Assembly (NCBI GenBank): GCA_964016885.1
Contig: CAXHJY010000967.1
Coordinates: forward strand, 1-64,000
DNA: 64,000 bases
Source: Eledone cirrhosa
Taxonomy: Eukaryota
Direction of reading: 5' to 3'
A program made the translations under genes and the position numbers. The notes under the pieces were generated by a model. That model was not told where the DNA came from, did no database searches, and saw only the letters and a list, made by a program, of their open reading frames with translations. Position 1 is the stretch's first letter; every line of letters begins with the position of its first letter. Below, one piece after another: positions 46,486 to 59,786 of this stretch.

Positions 46486-49400
46486 TTTCTCTTAATTTCG
46501 AGTACATTTTTAACTGGCCACCTTCCTGGTGGCAAGGTTGTAAAAGAAAAGAAATTGTCATCCTTTGAATCCCAAAAATGTTTTGCAAAATTTGAAGGTG
46601 CCAGCTATCGCAGCCATTTGTAGACTATGAATTAGGGAGCTGCGCTCTTTGTCCACAAATCCAAGTTCAGTTATACTTTGGTCCAAGTGGGTTGATATAT
46701 AACCTGTAACTCCGATAATGATGGGTATGAAGCTGAAGGTGTATCTTGGATACTGGATCTGCAAACTCCTTACCAATGGTCCGTAGATATCCTCCTTCTC
46801 TTTTATGGGCAGCTGATCTCTACAATAGAGCACATTTTCAATGTACGGTCTCAAACAACAATATCATACCGGTTGTGCTTTAATTTGGTGGCAGTTTTTA
46901 TTTTCAGGTTCCACCAGTATTCCTTAGTGCCATCTATCTCAACATATTCCTCTCCTCGTTTGTTTTTAATTTTGTTTTCCTAAGTGTGTCCCAGATGGTT
47001 CTAGCTATCACATTGTGTCTAATGGGGAGGTAGTAACGAGACAACATTCTTTCGGAGTTGGCAATGATGTGACTAACATCTTCGATCTTTGTTTTACAAA
47101 GCCTACATTTATTGTCGACTGATGGTCCTCCTCTTTTGTGTAGCAGATATTTGGTAGGGATTTCTTGTTCCGGTATTGCATAGAGATATCCTTCAAGGTA
47201 GGATGTCGTAAACTTGTCAGAACTCCATGCCAGGCTTTTTGAATTATTTATCCCCTCTACGGTCTGTGTTTTTGGTATCAGGTACCCATGCACAAATTTC
47301 TATAAATTGGTCCATTTTTTTCTATCATGTTCAAACATTGAATAGGATCTTCCAATTTCCCTGAGAGAGATTTATATCAGGCTTTATTAAATCTCTCTCT
47401 TCCAAACCAGTGGCTATCCTAATGATATTATTTCCTTCATGCTCATAAACCTGGGCAAGATGATTGCTGACCTTTTTCTTCTGTTGAAGATGTTGCTTCA
47501 GTGTTACTATCTGGGCACAGCCCTCAAATATGCACATTTGAACTCACCAAATTTCATTCTGATGTCTGCAGAAAATTGTGTAATGAGGTCCAATTGTTTT
47601 TTATATAGTTGGTATTTGGCCCATACAACTTCAGGCCACCAACAAAGAAAAGATGGGAGATATTTCTGGACCCACTTCCATGACCACTTTGTTTTGTGAG
47701 CAGGTATGATAGTGGGTTTAGTGAGAGGACGAAGAGCAGCACTGATAAGATGCCTTTCCGGTAGAGTATTGTATCAGTCTTAATTTGCTCCTTCTCACCC
47801 CTAAGGATCAAAGTGGTGTACTAGTTCTTGGTCAGGTGTTCAACTTTGGCTAACTGTAAAGCCTTAATAATACACCCATGAGGTACACTATCAAAAAGCC
47901 TTCTGATAGTCCAACCACACCACAGTCATGCTCCTGCAATTCTTTACTGTTTTTCCTGTATCATTTTATTTGTTAGTAGATGATCTATGCAACCACACAC
48001 CTCCCTCTTCCCACCAGCTTGTTCAGGTGTTATAATGTTGTTGGTGGCACAATGATCCTGTAAGAACAGATTAAGGCATCCAGTGTTTAATTTATACATG
48101 ATGTTCTGGCAGGCTATTGGGCGGTAATTTTTAGCAAGGGTGATCTGGCTATTTTGGGGAATGAGGAGAGTAGTGGCAGTTGATAACACTGGGACCGTTC
48201 TTGTGTGCCTTTGATGGTTTCTCTAAACAGTCGTATGAGATCTTGCCGATAGAAGGTGAAATTCTTCAGCCAGTATCCTTTTATGAGCTCTGGGCCTGGT
48301 AATTTCCTATTCGACATTTTCTGTAGAGCTGTTTCCTGTATTGACCCATCTATGTCAAATTGTTTTGTCTGGACATGTTGGCAGTATTCCTGTTCCAGTT
48401 CTTTTAGCCATTTAGTTTTTTTGCTAAATCCATCATTCGCTTCCCAGTAGCTCTCAACCTGTTCTTTTGTAGGGGTGTCATTTACAGAGATTGAGCTTTT
48501 CCCATTGAAGCTGCGATAAACTGATTTTAAGATCTCTGGCAAATAATCTATTTAGCACTTGCCATTTATTCGCTGTTGACTTATATTTTAGTCTTTCTGC
48601 TGCAGCCCTGAGTTGTTTCAATTGATGTAGTTTGGAGATTAGAGTTTTAAATCGTGTATCTCCAAATCACCTCCCTAGTTTTTTTCTTACGTCTTTTTGA
48701 TGTCGTGTGAAGTTGCTCTTTATGCTGCATTTTATAACTACAGTGATCTGTGAGATACTTCGTCTCAGGGACAAAATTTTGTATTTTAAATTACGCATCC
48801 ACGCTGGTTCAGGCTTTCTGTTTGTATCTTGGTCGCGTCGTTTTAGATGTTTATGATAGGATAGCAATGTGATAGCTGAAACATATAACAAAATATTAAG
48901 CATTTCATATGTCGTTTCTACACCTTTGGACTGTGTGGCCTTCAGATAATTATCAGCTATTTCGCTCACTGCTTCTAATTCCAATTTAGTGGGTTCTTTA
49001 CTGATTTTGGTGTTGTACGGTCTGTTACTCACATTAAGGCTGTGTATCTAAATATATCATCCCATATCACTTATAAGGTGTCCACAAGTTTTTGGTGTTC
49101 TGTTTGTACAGTAGAGTTATGGATTGCAGCTACATTGTTGGTGTGCTGTTTACTGCTAGATTCAGCTGACCATTCTCTCTGTCTTTAAATGGAAGTGGAA
49201 TGATTGTCTTCAATAGTGTCACTCAGTTCCGTTAGATGTATCAATTTACATCTAATGATACTTTTTGCCTGTTTATTTAATTGTTTTGGGGAAAAGCCTA
49301 ATTCTGGGTGTTCCACAAAGTTTTTAGCCTCTGCATAAAATCGAACTTTTGGGGGTCTGATTCTTTGTAAGCTTCATATAAATCTTTGTTGAGATCGTAG

Positions 49401-49777
49401 CTCCATTGTATACAATGGTTGTAGTCGCGATTTGGTCGAAGGAGACTTATACGTTTTGCTATGATGAGTTCGTCTATTCACTAATATTTTGCATTTATTT
49501 TTCAAAATAGACGATGATCTTTAAAAGTTTCGACAAAGTTTTGTCAGAATTAAATAAAAGTTGTTCACAGCTTGGGTAATATTTCCTTTCAGCTAGATTT
49601 TAATTCTACAACTGTATTTTAAACGTTCATATTTAGCTTTTTCTTTTTCTTTATGTTTTTTTAGGTAAATCGTTTTGTATCCTTACTTAGTATATTTCTT
49701 TATGAATGTAATATAATAACGCTATATTTATATTAAAATCTATGTAACGTTTATATGTGAAAATCTATGAATCGTTC

Positions 49778-49778
<1 letters not shown>
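46486..49778 (-). mobile_element. Degenerate near-full-length R4/Dong-like RLE non-LTR retrotransposon bounded by (TATG)n
   Basis: KNYRPIAC, EQAG..IDHLL, LLFVLSLNPLS..SHLFF..LKLY, CRLCK..VSHII..RHN, FIPIIIG motifs. Confidence 0.78.
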
Positions 49779-49808
<30 letters not shown>

Positions 49809-49934
49809 TGTATGTATGTATGTATGTATCAGGGGTGAAGGGTCTGTGCATGCGTTATAGAATCTTGAGTTGGGCTGCACAGCCCCACGGCGATTGGACT
49901 GCATGCCCTGCATTCCAGGTTACTCTTCGCCACT

Positions 49935-50310
49935 GGTATGTATGTTCTTCTGGTTTTATAATTTCACAAGTTTTTACCAACAGAGAGAGAGAGTCAGTTT
50001 CTAACATAGACACAAGACTCTCTCATTGGAATTTACACAACATCAACTAGGTAGATATGTATGCATGTCTGCATGCATTCATGTGTAGGTATGGATGTTA
50101 TTGTATGTGTGCATGTGTATATGCTTTGTATCTGTACATATGTATATGCAGTTATTAGATGCAAAATGTTGGGAATGTTTTACATATTTTTATTGTTTCA
50201 CTAATGGATTGTAGTTGTAATTTCCTTAACTAGTTGTGTTTTTTCTGTTCCTGTGAAGCCCAGCTTCTCAAGATTGGTATTGAAGCAGTTACTAACATAT
50301 TCCAGTGCCC
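49935..50310 (-). mobile_element. 3' fragment of a second R4-like family (longer copy 51480-52030)
   Basis: ORF 51700-52110 IWDREKKACTVVEVSCP..KENIY resembles an RLE C-terminus; ends at (CATA)n. Confidence 0.65.
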
Positions 50311-50859
50311 CAAGTTTACTTGGTGAGGAGGGTGATTTTGGACACCCTGCAGGACAAAAAACAAAACCTGACAAAGGGCGGAAGAACTCATAAGTGTCAA
50401 CGGCCATCCAAAAGTGTGTATACATTTATGTATATGGGTGCATGTGTATGTATATGCGCGGGGACATAGAAATAGTCGGGCTGGACACCCGATCGCACGG
50501 TTAAACCACTGGGAGTGAAGGACCCCCTAGCCTTTGTCAGGGCATTCTTCTAGGAGAAGGTAACTCAGGAAACTGGGATAACACCGATATAAAACCTGCC
50601 GCTCAGTAGTTACCGATGATGTTAATCTTTTCTTCTTTTCGGGTTATAGCTACTGTCGCTCAGAGAATGGGATTGGCTCAGTGCACAGTCTTTCCTCACT
50701 TTAAAAAATATCTTCACACACAGGCATTGCACGATAGAATTAATTAATAATTATTAATAATGGTATATCGGGCAATGGCCATACTCGATAACGAAGGGGC
50801 GGCCATCATGTATGTATGTATGTATGTATGTATGTATGTATGTATGTATGTATGTATGT

Positions 50860-51450
50860 CAGGTCACCAGTTGGTGCTACTGGTAACATGTATCCCAGTA
50901 CAACCTGTCTCATGGTCGGGTCGTTGGCGACTAAACTGGCAAACCCACCAAGGTTTCTTGGTGAGGAGGGTGACTTTGGACATCCTGCAGGACTAAAAAC
51001 AAAACCTGTCAAAGGGCAAAGGAGCTCTTAAGAGTCAATGGCTATCCAAAATCACCAGGAGAGATGACCCCTTAGCCTTTGTCAAGGCAGAATTCTTGGA
51101 GAAGGAAAACTCTGATATAACACCTGCAACCCTGATGGTATCCAATGATGTTGACTTGTTCTTCTTCTTGGTTAAGAGAGTGGGACTGGCTTTGTGCAGT
51201 GCCTTTGCTCACTATAAAAGCTTCACGGCACAGGCATTGCTTTATATCTGGAGATCTCTCTGCACTTGTCGTCACATGGAACCATGGGCCCAGCACTATA
51301 TGTCAATAATTGTCACAAGTGTACTGTTTGTACCAGAGTTTTCAAGTCGCTGGCTGGACTAAAAAGTCACACTCGTTCAGCGCATTGGTAGGGGTTCTCC
51401 GACATGGATATAAAGTAGTGGCCGTACTCGAAAACGAGTTGGCAGCCGCC
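50860..51450 (+). mobile_element. Longest copy (~590 bp) of the (TATG)n-tailed non-autonomous retroelement; diverged relative at ~50310-50807
   Basis: Bounded by (TATG)n; GGAGAAGGAAAACTC motif; 3' hairpin GTGGCCG..CTCG-AAAA-CGAG..CAGCCGC. Confidence 0.72.
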
Positions 51451-52139
51451 ATGTATGTATGTATGTATGATTGTATGTATGTATGTTCTTCTGGTTTTAT
51501 AATTTTACAAATGTTTACTAATAGAGAGTCGGTTTCTAACATAGATACAAGACTCTCTCATTGGAATTTAAACATCAACTAGGTAGATATGTATGCATGT
51601 GTGTGCAGGTATGGATGTTAATGTATGTGTGGATGTGGATGTTTTGAGTTATATGTATGCATGTGCATATGCTTTGTATCTGTACAAGTGTATATGCAGT
51701 TATTCAATGCAGAATTTTTGGAATGTTTTACATATTTTTACTGTTCCATTAATAGATTGTACTTGTAATTTCCTAACTAGTTGTGTTCTTTCTGTTTCTG
51801 TGAAGCCCAGCTTCTCAAGATTTGTATTGAGGCAGTTACTAACATATCTAGGTGCCACAATAGTCACAGGCATAAATCTGCAGGTGTAATCAGGGTGGAG
51901 TATCTGCAGATTTCTCATCAGTTCTGCATAAATATTCTCCTTTACGCTGATCTTTAATATTATATTGGCATCTGTTGGGCAACTAACTTCCACTACTGTG
52001 CATGCCTTCTTTTCCCTGTCCCATATCATGTATGTATGTATTATTATTGTTATTATTATGTTTTTTGTTTTTCGTGCAATGGCCATACTCGATAACGAGG
52101 GGGCAGCCATTATGTATGTATATTTTATTAAGGCTAAAC

Positions 52140-52870
52140 AGTGAGTCTTGTTACTCTGGAGTTTTACTTGTTTTTGTCATGTCGCCAACACGATCACTTT
52201 ACAGTGTGGGCTGGATGTATACTTCGGCATGTCCTCATGGGAGGGCGGGGTGGTGCATGCTATATATATGCTTCAGCTACGGCCTGTGTTCGCGGGAAGT
52301 CACGTCTTCTGTATTAATGAGTAAAGCCAGAGATCTTGATCCTGTGTCATTGTCTCTGAGAAGTGCAATATAGCAAGGTCATCTCCAAGGCTTCCATCGA
52401 TTTTGAGTGCTCTGCACATTTTTATGCAGCTGTCATCCTTCATACGCATAACATGTCCATACCAACATAATCTGCTCTCCTGCACGCTGCACCTGATTCC
52501 TCTGATGCTTAGTCTCTCTCTCAGTTCGCTCGTGCTTTGCCATTCACGTACATTACTATTACACAGCGGTGGTAGTAGCTCCCTGAACTTCTTCCATTCC
52601 GTTCTTACTCTGGCTGCTGTACTTTCAGAACACCCACCTCTGCTGCTAATCTGGTCACCTAGGTAGCAGAAGCTGTTTACTGTTTCTACTGAGCCTTTTC
52701 TCTATTTGGTAGCGCTTGTTTCCTGTGGTCATTTGCTGCTTACTGACCCAGTGCAGCTGCTACATGTAAAGCCTACATTCTTAGCTAGACTTCCTGAGAT
52801 CCCACTACATCTTTTGTGTACCCATAGTTTGCATTTGGGACAGAGAATGGAATTTTTACCTACACCTTAA
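52140..52870 (-). pseudogene. RTE-PHD LINE 3' fragment
   Basis: RLCWYGHVMRMKDDSCIK and PHD remnant homologous to 1025-2419. Confidence 0.75.
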
Positions 52871-53189
52871 TAATGTATATATATCCAATATATCCAATAT
52901 ATCCAGGGAGTGTAACGTGAAGTTACTGTAGGTTCACCCACCGGAGCACTCGATGTTTAGGTTCACGTCAGTGGCGAGATGTAGAGCTAGACAGTGTAAT
53001 ATAATAATATGATAATACAAGGACGATTTGTTAAGCCTTCATTATGTATGTGTGTGTGTAGGTGATAGCTATGGGTGTCATGACAAAAAGCGCCCAGTAC
53101 TCACTGTAAATGAAATTGACGTTATGATGGGCATCCAGCTGTAGAAACCAGTGTCTCAGTTTTTGTGGCACTGATCTTCATTCCAGTCA

Positions 53190-54200
53190 TGCAGCACTCG
53201 GCATCAAACCTGTCGAGTGCACCTGATGTAAACCAGAAGATGCTGTTGTGATTGTGTTTAGGAGATCAGCAAAGTATTCTCTTCCTCTAGCGGAGATGCA
53301 TGTCTCTGAAGAGAGGAGAACCCTGGACACATTCCTGACAGCAGGTGTGGAGGAGGACTTCTTATTAAGAAGTCGGCGGATGGTCTGCCAGAACACTTTA
53401 TTTACTGATCTGAAGTCAGATTCCAGCTTAACTCCAAAGTCCTTTCATGTCTTAACTATCTCTGCTGTGATTCATCATGCCTGCTAGTACTACAAGTGTA
53501 AGAAGGAAGACTTATTTCCAAGCCTAGATTTGTAGGCCTCCTTTGCTCGGATGGCATCTCTGACCTCCTGATTGAACGAAGGGGTTCTCCTGCAATTCGG
53601 CACCAAAACCAGCCTTTTTCACCTACAGTATTTAACAGCTGAAATAGAAACTGCTGAGCTGAACAATCTTCACTCTGTTTTAACATCCTCAGTTTGGATG
53701 CAATAGTAAAACGCAAGCCTGGTCCTGACTTCCCTATCCACCAATGCTTCCCACTTTATCCTGGACCTGCCAGTTTTGTGGGCTTCTTTCACTTTAGGTA
53801 GTTTCAAGTTGCAGATACCTAGATGGTGATCAGTTGGCAGCTCAGCCCCTCGAACATCCACCACAGAATCAAAGAGATCAAAGACAATAACAAAATCAAT
53901 TATTGATCTCTATCCCTAATTCTCCTTATACCATGTATATTTATGGATGTCTCTCTGCTGGAAGAAGGTGTTCATAATAAATAGTCCATTGCTAGAACAG
54001 AAGTCTAATAAGGCCTCTCCATTCATATTTAGTTTGGAGTCACCATTCCTTCCCATGTTAGATAGTCAGCACCAACATGTTCATTGAAGTCTCCCATCAG
54101 GATATGACTCAATCCCAACTACATTTAACACTGTAGTGACTTCCAGGAAGGATCTTTATTTGGACTCTTTGCATAAACTTGCACCACTCACAGAGACCTG
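53190..54200 (-). pseudogene. Old RTE LINE endonuclease/linker remnant
   Basis: MGDFN, DVRGAELPTDHHL and FWQTIRRL fragments. Confidence 0.7.
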
Positions 54201-54428
54201 TTTTGTTAATTCCCAAGTCTTAATTTCTGTAGTTATATTTTAAAATTCTAATTTATAATTGATATATAGTAGTTCTTTAGTATGTTATAGTCATCATAAC
54301 TAATGCCATGCTGAAGTACTTATGTTTTTATTCTATGGCCAATTCCATCTTTTTTTTTCGCTATTGAGCCAATGACTCAGTAGTAAATTTTTAATTCTAC
54401 TGGTACAGACATAAAAAGTAAATTTTAA

Positions 54429-55170
54429 CCCTTTAGCATTTACATTACTATATATATATACTATTGTATTTTCATGGTAAAGGCTTTACCTTACATATCT
54501 CACATAATATTGAATCTATGAGATTTTGATATTATTTATTTTGAGAACAATATCCTAACATAAGTATGAGGGACCAGTTACAGCTGGTTTGAACAGAAAG
54601 AGGCGAGAGAATTCTGGCCGGATATGGCCGGTTTAAATGCTAAAAGGTTAATGAAAGTGTGAATTTTTGTGTTTGTTATTGTGTGGAATACATAATTGTG
54701 CCCTAGTTTATATACCTACTTGGTGGCCATATGATGCAATCAAAAACATCCTTGTACAAAGTTTAGATATAACTAGTTTAGATATTTACTCTATAATTAC
54801 TATTATATTTTTATGGTAAAGGCTTTACCTCACATAATATCGAATCTATGAGATTTTGATGTTATTTAAATTTGAGAACAATACCTTAATGTAGGAATAA
54901 ATGGCCAGTTACAACCAGTTTGAACAGAAAGAGGTGAGAGAATTCTGGCTGGATTAAGTGCTTAAAGGGTTAACCCGTTAGCATTTAAACCGGCTATATC
55001 CGGCCAGAATTCTCTCATCTCTTTCTGTTCAAACCAGCTGCTCATCCGACATTAAGGTATTGTTCTCAAAATAAACAATATCAAAATCTCATAGATTCGA
55101 TATTATGTGAGATAAAGTGTTTACGGTGAAAATACAATAGTATATATAGAGTAATGTAAATGCTAAAGGG
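54429..55170. mobile_element. Cluster of piggyBac-type MITEs (54429-54647, ~54790-54969, 54974-55170)
   Basis: TTAA-CCCTTTAGCATTT..AAATGCTAAAGGG-TTAA termini; last two copies inverted and sharing one TTAA (54970-54973). Confidence 0.78.
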
Positions 55171-56902
55171 TTAAGGAACAAGTCTTGTTTATTTTTAGAG
55201 TTTGTGGCTGATGACACCAAATCTATTGATGCTGTCATCGGGTCAGACAAAAAAAAAATAGCTCTGTTGGAAGAGGGGAAGAGATTTTTGGGAAAAAGCA
55301 GGGATCAAAACACTGACTTAGATTTAATGCTGTAAGTTATTTCATTAATAATACTTAATATTTTTCAATTTAATGAGATGATTGAAATAAAAGCTTTTAT
55401 ATTATCTTTTATCATTTAAAATCTATTTTAACATTCTACATTTTTTAAATACTAGCTTAGATTTACAGAACTGAGAATTTTAACATAAGAAATGTTAGGA
55501 CAAGTTAAATATTTGTGTGTTAAACATTTGATTAAGCATAAAAAATTGTCTTTTTTTTCTGTATTTACAAAAACTGATACAACCTTTTATTGATGTGTAG
55601 TGGTTCAGTTCTGCATAACACAAAAACAAAGACTGGGTGCAAGCATGGCTATGTCATTAGCAAGCTTGATCCTACTGCAGAACTCATTGGGCAAATGTCT
55701 TCTACTATAGCTTCAGCTTGACCAATGCCTCATTAGCAGATTTTGGCGGTGAAAACTATGTAGAAGCCTGTTGTATATATTCTTTTGGTTTCAAGGATTA
55801 GACTGCTGTTATGCTGGAAGACCACTTTCATTTATTTTTTCATATCTTGTACTTATATCAATCTCTTCTTTGTCAAACCACTAAGTTACGAGACATAAAC
55901 ACACACAAACTTAAACATAGATATACACACACATGATGACCTACAGCTTCTGTCTACCAAATTCCACTCACAAGGTATTGGTCAACCCATGGCTATAGAA
56001 GATACTTGGTGCTGCACAGTAGAATTGAACCCAAAACAACTAGATTGTAAAGTGAACTCTTTAACCATATGGCAATGTATATTTTTTTGGTGATATATAT
56101 TGAAGGTTGCAAACATTGTTCATAAAACCCCCAAATCCAATGTTTTATTTTTTTTTTACCAACAGAAATCCAATGAATTAATGGTTGGTCTATTGTTAAC
56201 CTGTAACCAGCCATGCAATAGTTCACCAATTGTAATATATTACTCCAGTATCAATCCCCATTTAGAATGTATGCAAGCAAGATGAAAGTCCCCGGTCCTA
56301 TCAACCAACTCCAATTCCCCCTTACCTACCACCTCTCCAGAGGACAGTTTTCCGATTTTTCCACTGCCTTTGGTTGGACTCCTCCACATCCACTATCTTC
56401 TCCCACCCACTCTTCCCTTCTTTCAAGTGCGCACGCAACTTCTCAAACCCTTTTCCAAACTTTCATGTACCTACCTGTTCTATCCCTATCCGAACACTCC
56501 ATTTCCTGATGAAGGACTTCCGTCCGAAGCACTGAAGTCTCCTCCACTTCCTCCTAAATGTGATCCTAATAAGACTTTGTATTTTTGTAACCCTCTTTGT
56601 TTTGTTTTATTTGTTCAACTATATATATACTCCTGCATACACTAGTGTCAGTTGATTAACTAACACAAAATATACCAAGTAAGTATATATACACACACAC
56701 ACACACTGTGTATGTGGTGCAAAGACCAGGAAGGCCACAAACGAGAAGTATTCGATGGATGACATAATAAAGAATGGGTCTATTGATGGCTGGAATTGCA
56801 GTCAGACCTATACTTTAATATATATATATATTTCCATGCTTGCCTGTTAGACAGGTTGTCACATTCTGGGGCTTGACGAATCACATGACCAAGTCTTGCT
56901 CA

Positions 56903-59263
56903 TCTCCTTATAATATATAACCAGCAATTTCTCTGTCTGTCTGTCCGACAGTGGAAACACGTGCGCGCGTGGTTGCTATCTCTCTCTCTCTTTTAGTCTG
57001 TCTGTTTCTCTCACTCTCACTCTTTGTAACGCACTAACATTCCTCCCCTCTATCGCTGTGACGAATGGGGAAATGGAGGAGGAAAGAGTCACTTCGTCAC
57101 TTCACCTCTGCCTTTCTTTCTCTCCCCTCTCACTCCCTCATTACGTACAGACGGTGGATTGGCAGAATCTGTAGAGAGTCGGACACCATGCTTCATAGCA
57201 TGGAGTTACGTTTCTTTACGGTCTGAGTTCAAATACCGCCGAGGTTAACTTTGCCTTTCATCCTCACGGGGTCGATAAAATAAAGTACCAGTAATGGACT
57301 GGGTAATTGCTGGCCTTCTGCCAAAAGTAGAAACAATTATTAGAAACATTGCTTCATTTTTACATATCTAAGCATTAGTAAAATAACTAATAATTTCAAA
57401 AGTAATTTTTCAATTCCAATTGTTATGAACAGCAAAACATTAATAATAATTTTGTTCTAAGAAATATATATACATTTCTGTGTGTAATATATATATACAC
57501 ACACAGAAATATATATACATTTCTGTGTGTGTAATATATATATATATACACACACAGAAATATATATACATTTCTGTGTGTGTAATATATATATATATAC
57601 ACACACAGAAATATATATACATTTCTGTGTGTGTAATATATATATATATATACACACAGAAATATATATACATTTCTGTGTGTGTAATATATATATACAC
57701 ACACAGAAATATATATACATTTCTGTGTGTAATATATATATATATATATATATACACACAAAGAAATATATGGGCATTTCTGTTTGTCTGTCTGTCCTTC
57801 CCTAAAACTCAAATGTAGGTGCTACAGAAATATTACCTTCCCCTTCCTTTCTCCACTTTGGTACTACCAACAGAAACACTGTCGCTATAGAAACATTACC
57901 TTCCCCTCTCCACTGACTTTGGTCACTGAGGCCGAGGGAATCGCTGGTTGCTATAGAGACACCTTGCACAAGCCAGAAGTAACCAGTTCGAGGCGGTTCT
58001 GACTTGACACCATGCCAAGTCTACTTATAATATATAATGGGCATTTCTCTGTCTGTCCGTCTGTAAAAAATGCCAAGGAAACAAATAGACGCGGTTTCAA
58101 ATTCATTAATCTTTATTTATACGTTTCGCTTTACGAGTGTTTCGGCTCATCATTATATATAAACGTTTCTGTCCGGTGGATTGGCAGTATCGGTAGAGGG
58201 TCGGACGCCATGCTTTCCAGCATAGTTACGTCCCTTTACGATCAGAGTTCAACTCCCGCCGAGGTTGACTTTGCCTTTCATCCTTACGGGGTCGATAAAA
58301 TAAAGTACCAGTAATGCACTGGGTAATTACTGGCCTTGTGCCTAAAGTAGAAACAATTATATATAAACGTTTCTATTTCCATCGTTTTATCGTAAACGTT
58401 TATATATTTCCATCATTTTATCGTAAACGTTTATATATTTCCATCGTTATATCATAACGTTTATATTTCCGTCACTAATCTCTTTTTCTCCTTTTTCGTT
58501 TTAACATATATTTATTTCAAAGATTTCACCGTATAGATAACATATATATTTATACATGCATAAAAGACACACCGAGAGACGGTGAACATGTGGTGCCGAA
58601 AACATTTCTCATCCAAATCTCAACAATATCAGTATATACACTAGATTTGCTAGCAGAAAACTGCCCACCGGGTGGTTTTCTGCTAGTCTATATATCTAAA
58701 ACAGAATGTCTGCCTGACTCCCTAAAACTCGAGAACCACCCAACCGATTGTTTTCAAACTTTACACATGTAATACTTATGGTCGTGTGAGTATTTTGAGC
58801 AAAAATATTTCAAATTTTCATTGCCCTAGAGACCGCATTAGGCGATCTCTCTCTATAATTCTTAGTCTTTCTTTTTAGATAGATACATAGATATAACGTT
58901 GTGCCCTTATAATATCTGTCTGTATGTCTGCATTACGACATTATGACTTCACTATCTGTGTGTGTATAATATTTATATAGTAACGTTTTTCGAAATATTT
59001 ACTGCTGCGTTCACAGATTGATTTTTTTTAGTTTCAGAAGATCCCGTTAAGGGTGAAAGCAGCGATTCTTTGCTTAAACTTTAATCTGTTATTTTAATAT
59101 ATATATAAATATATATATAATTATATGTACAGATATTTTTGCATACACAATGACAAAATATAAACAAAAGTATTTATTTCACGAGGCTCGATAAGGATAA
59201 ATATATATCAAATATATAAGAACCCTAGAGCAAATCCCGAGCAACGCCGGGCCATTCTGCTAG
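56903..59263 (+). mobile_element. Composite non-autonomous Helitron inserted at A|T
   Basis: 5' TC ends at 56903, 58020 and 58687; 3' hairpin plus CTAG at 58683-58686 and 59260-59263; flanks rejoin as GTCTTGCTCA|TAC, as in the RTE 3' UTR near 3215-3230; no TSD. Confidence 0.8.
57459..57770. repeat. ~40-bp minisatellite with palindromic unit
   Basis: ACACAGAAAT-ATATATAC-ATTTCTGTGT repeated about seven times with variable (TA)n. Confidence 0.9.
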
Positions 59264-59786
59264 TACTTACTATTTTTGCCTTGGTTTCTACATCTGGATG
59301 TCCTTCCTAACCCCAATATATAGATATCTGAAATGATCATCTTGTTTCACTACAATTAGCTGTTGAGAATGTAGTGAAATAAGATAATAGTTTGTAAGAA
59401 TAAATCATATTAAATAAATATACATTCTCTACTATATAGTTCTGAATACTCGTTTGAAAGTTCCTTACTCCTGAAACAAGCAAAAACTATATATATATAT
59501 GTAGAAAGGATCGATCGACTTTCGTCAAATCGGACCGAGGAAACAATGTTTTCATCGGTTTTTCCAGTTGCTAATACTATCTATCTACCAGTCGCAACTC
59601 CAGGTAGAAGGAGCAACGTGAAATAAAGTGTCTTGCTCAAGGACATAACGCATCACCCGGTCCAGGAATCAAACTCACAACCTCAAGATTGTGAATCCAA
59701 TTCTCTAATCATTCAGCCACATACCTTCAATTATATATATATATATGAGTCCCGGGTTCAATCAGGGGTAATTACAGTAAGTAAAG

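Noticed and set aside
50860-50945. HDV-like ribozyme at the 5' end of the TATG-tailed element
   Set aside because: Could not assemble a consistent P1/P1.1/P2/P3 nested pseudoknot by eye
57459-57770. CRISPR-like array of palindromic repeats
   Set aside because: No unique spacers (only variable TA runs), eukaryotic context and no cas genes
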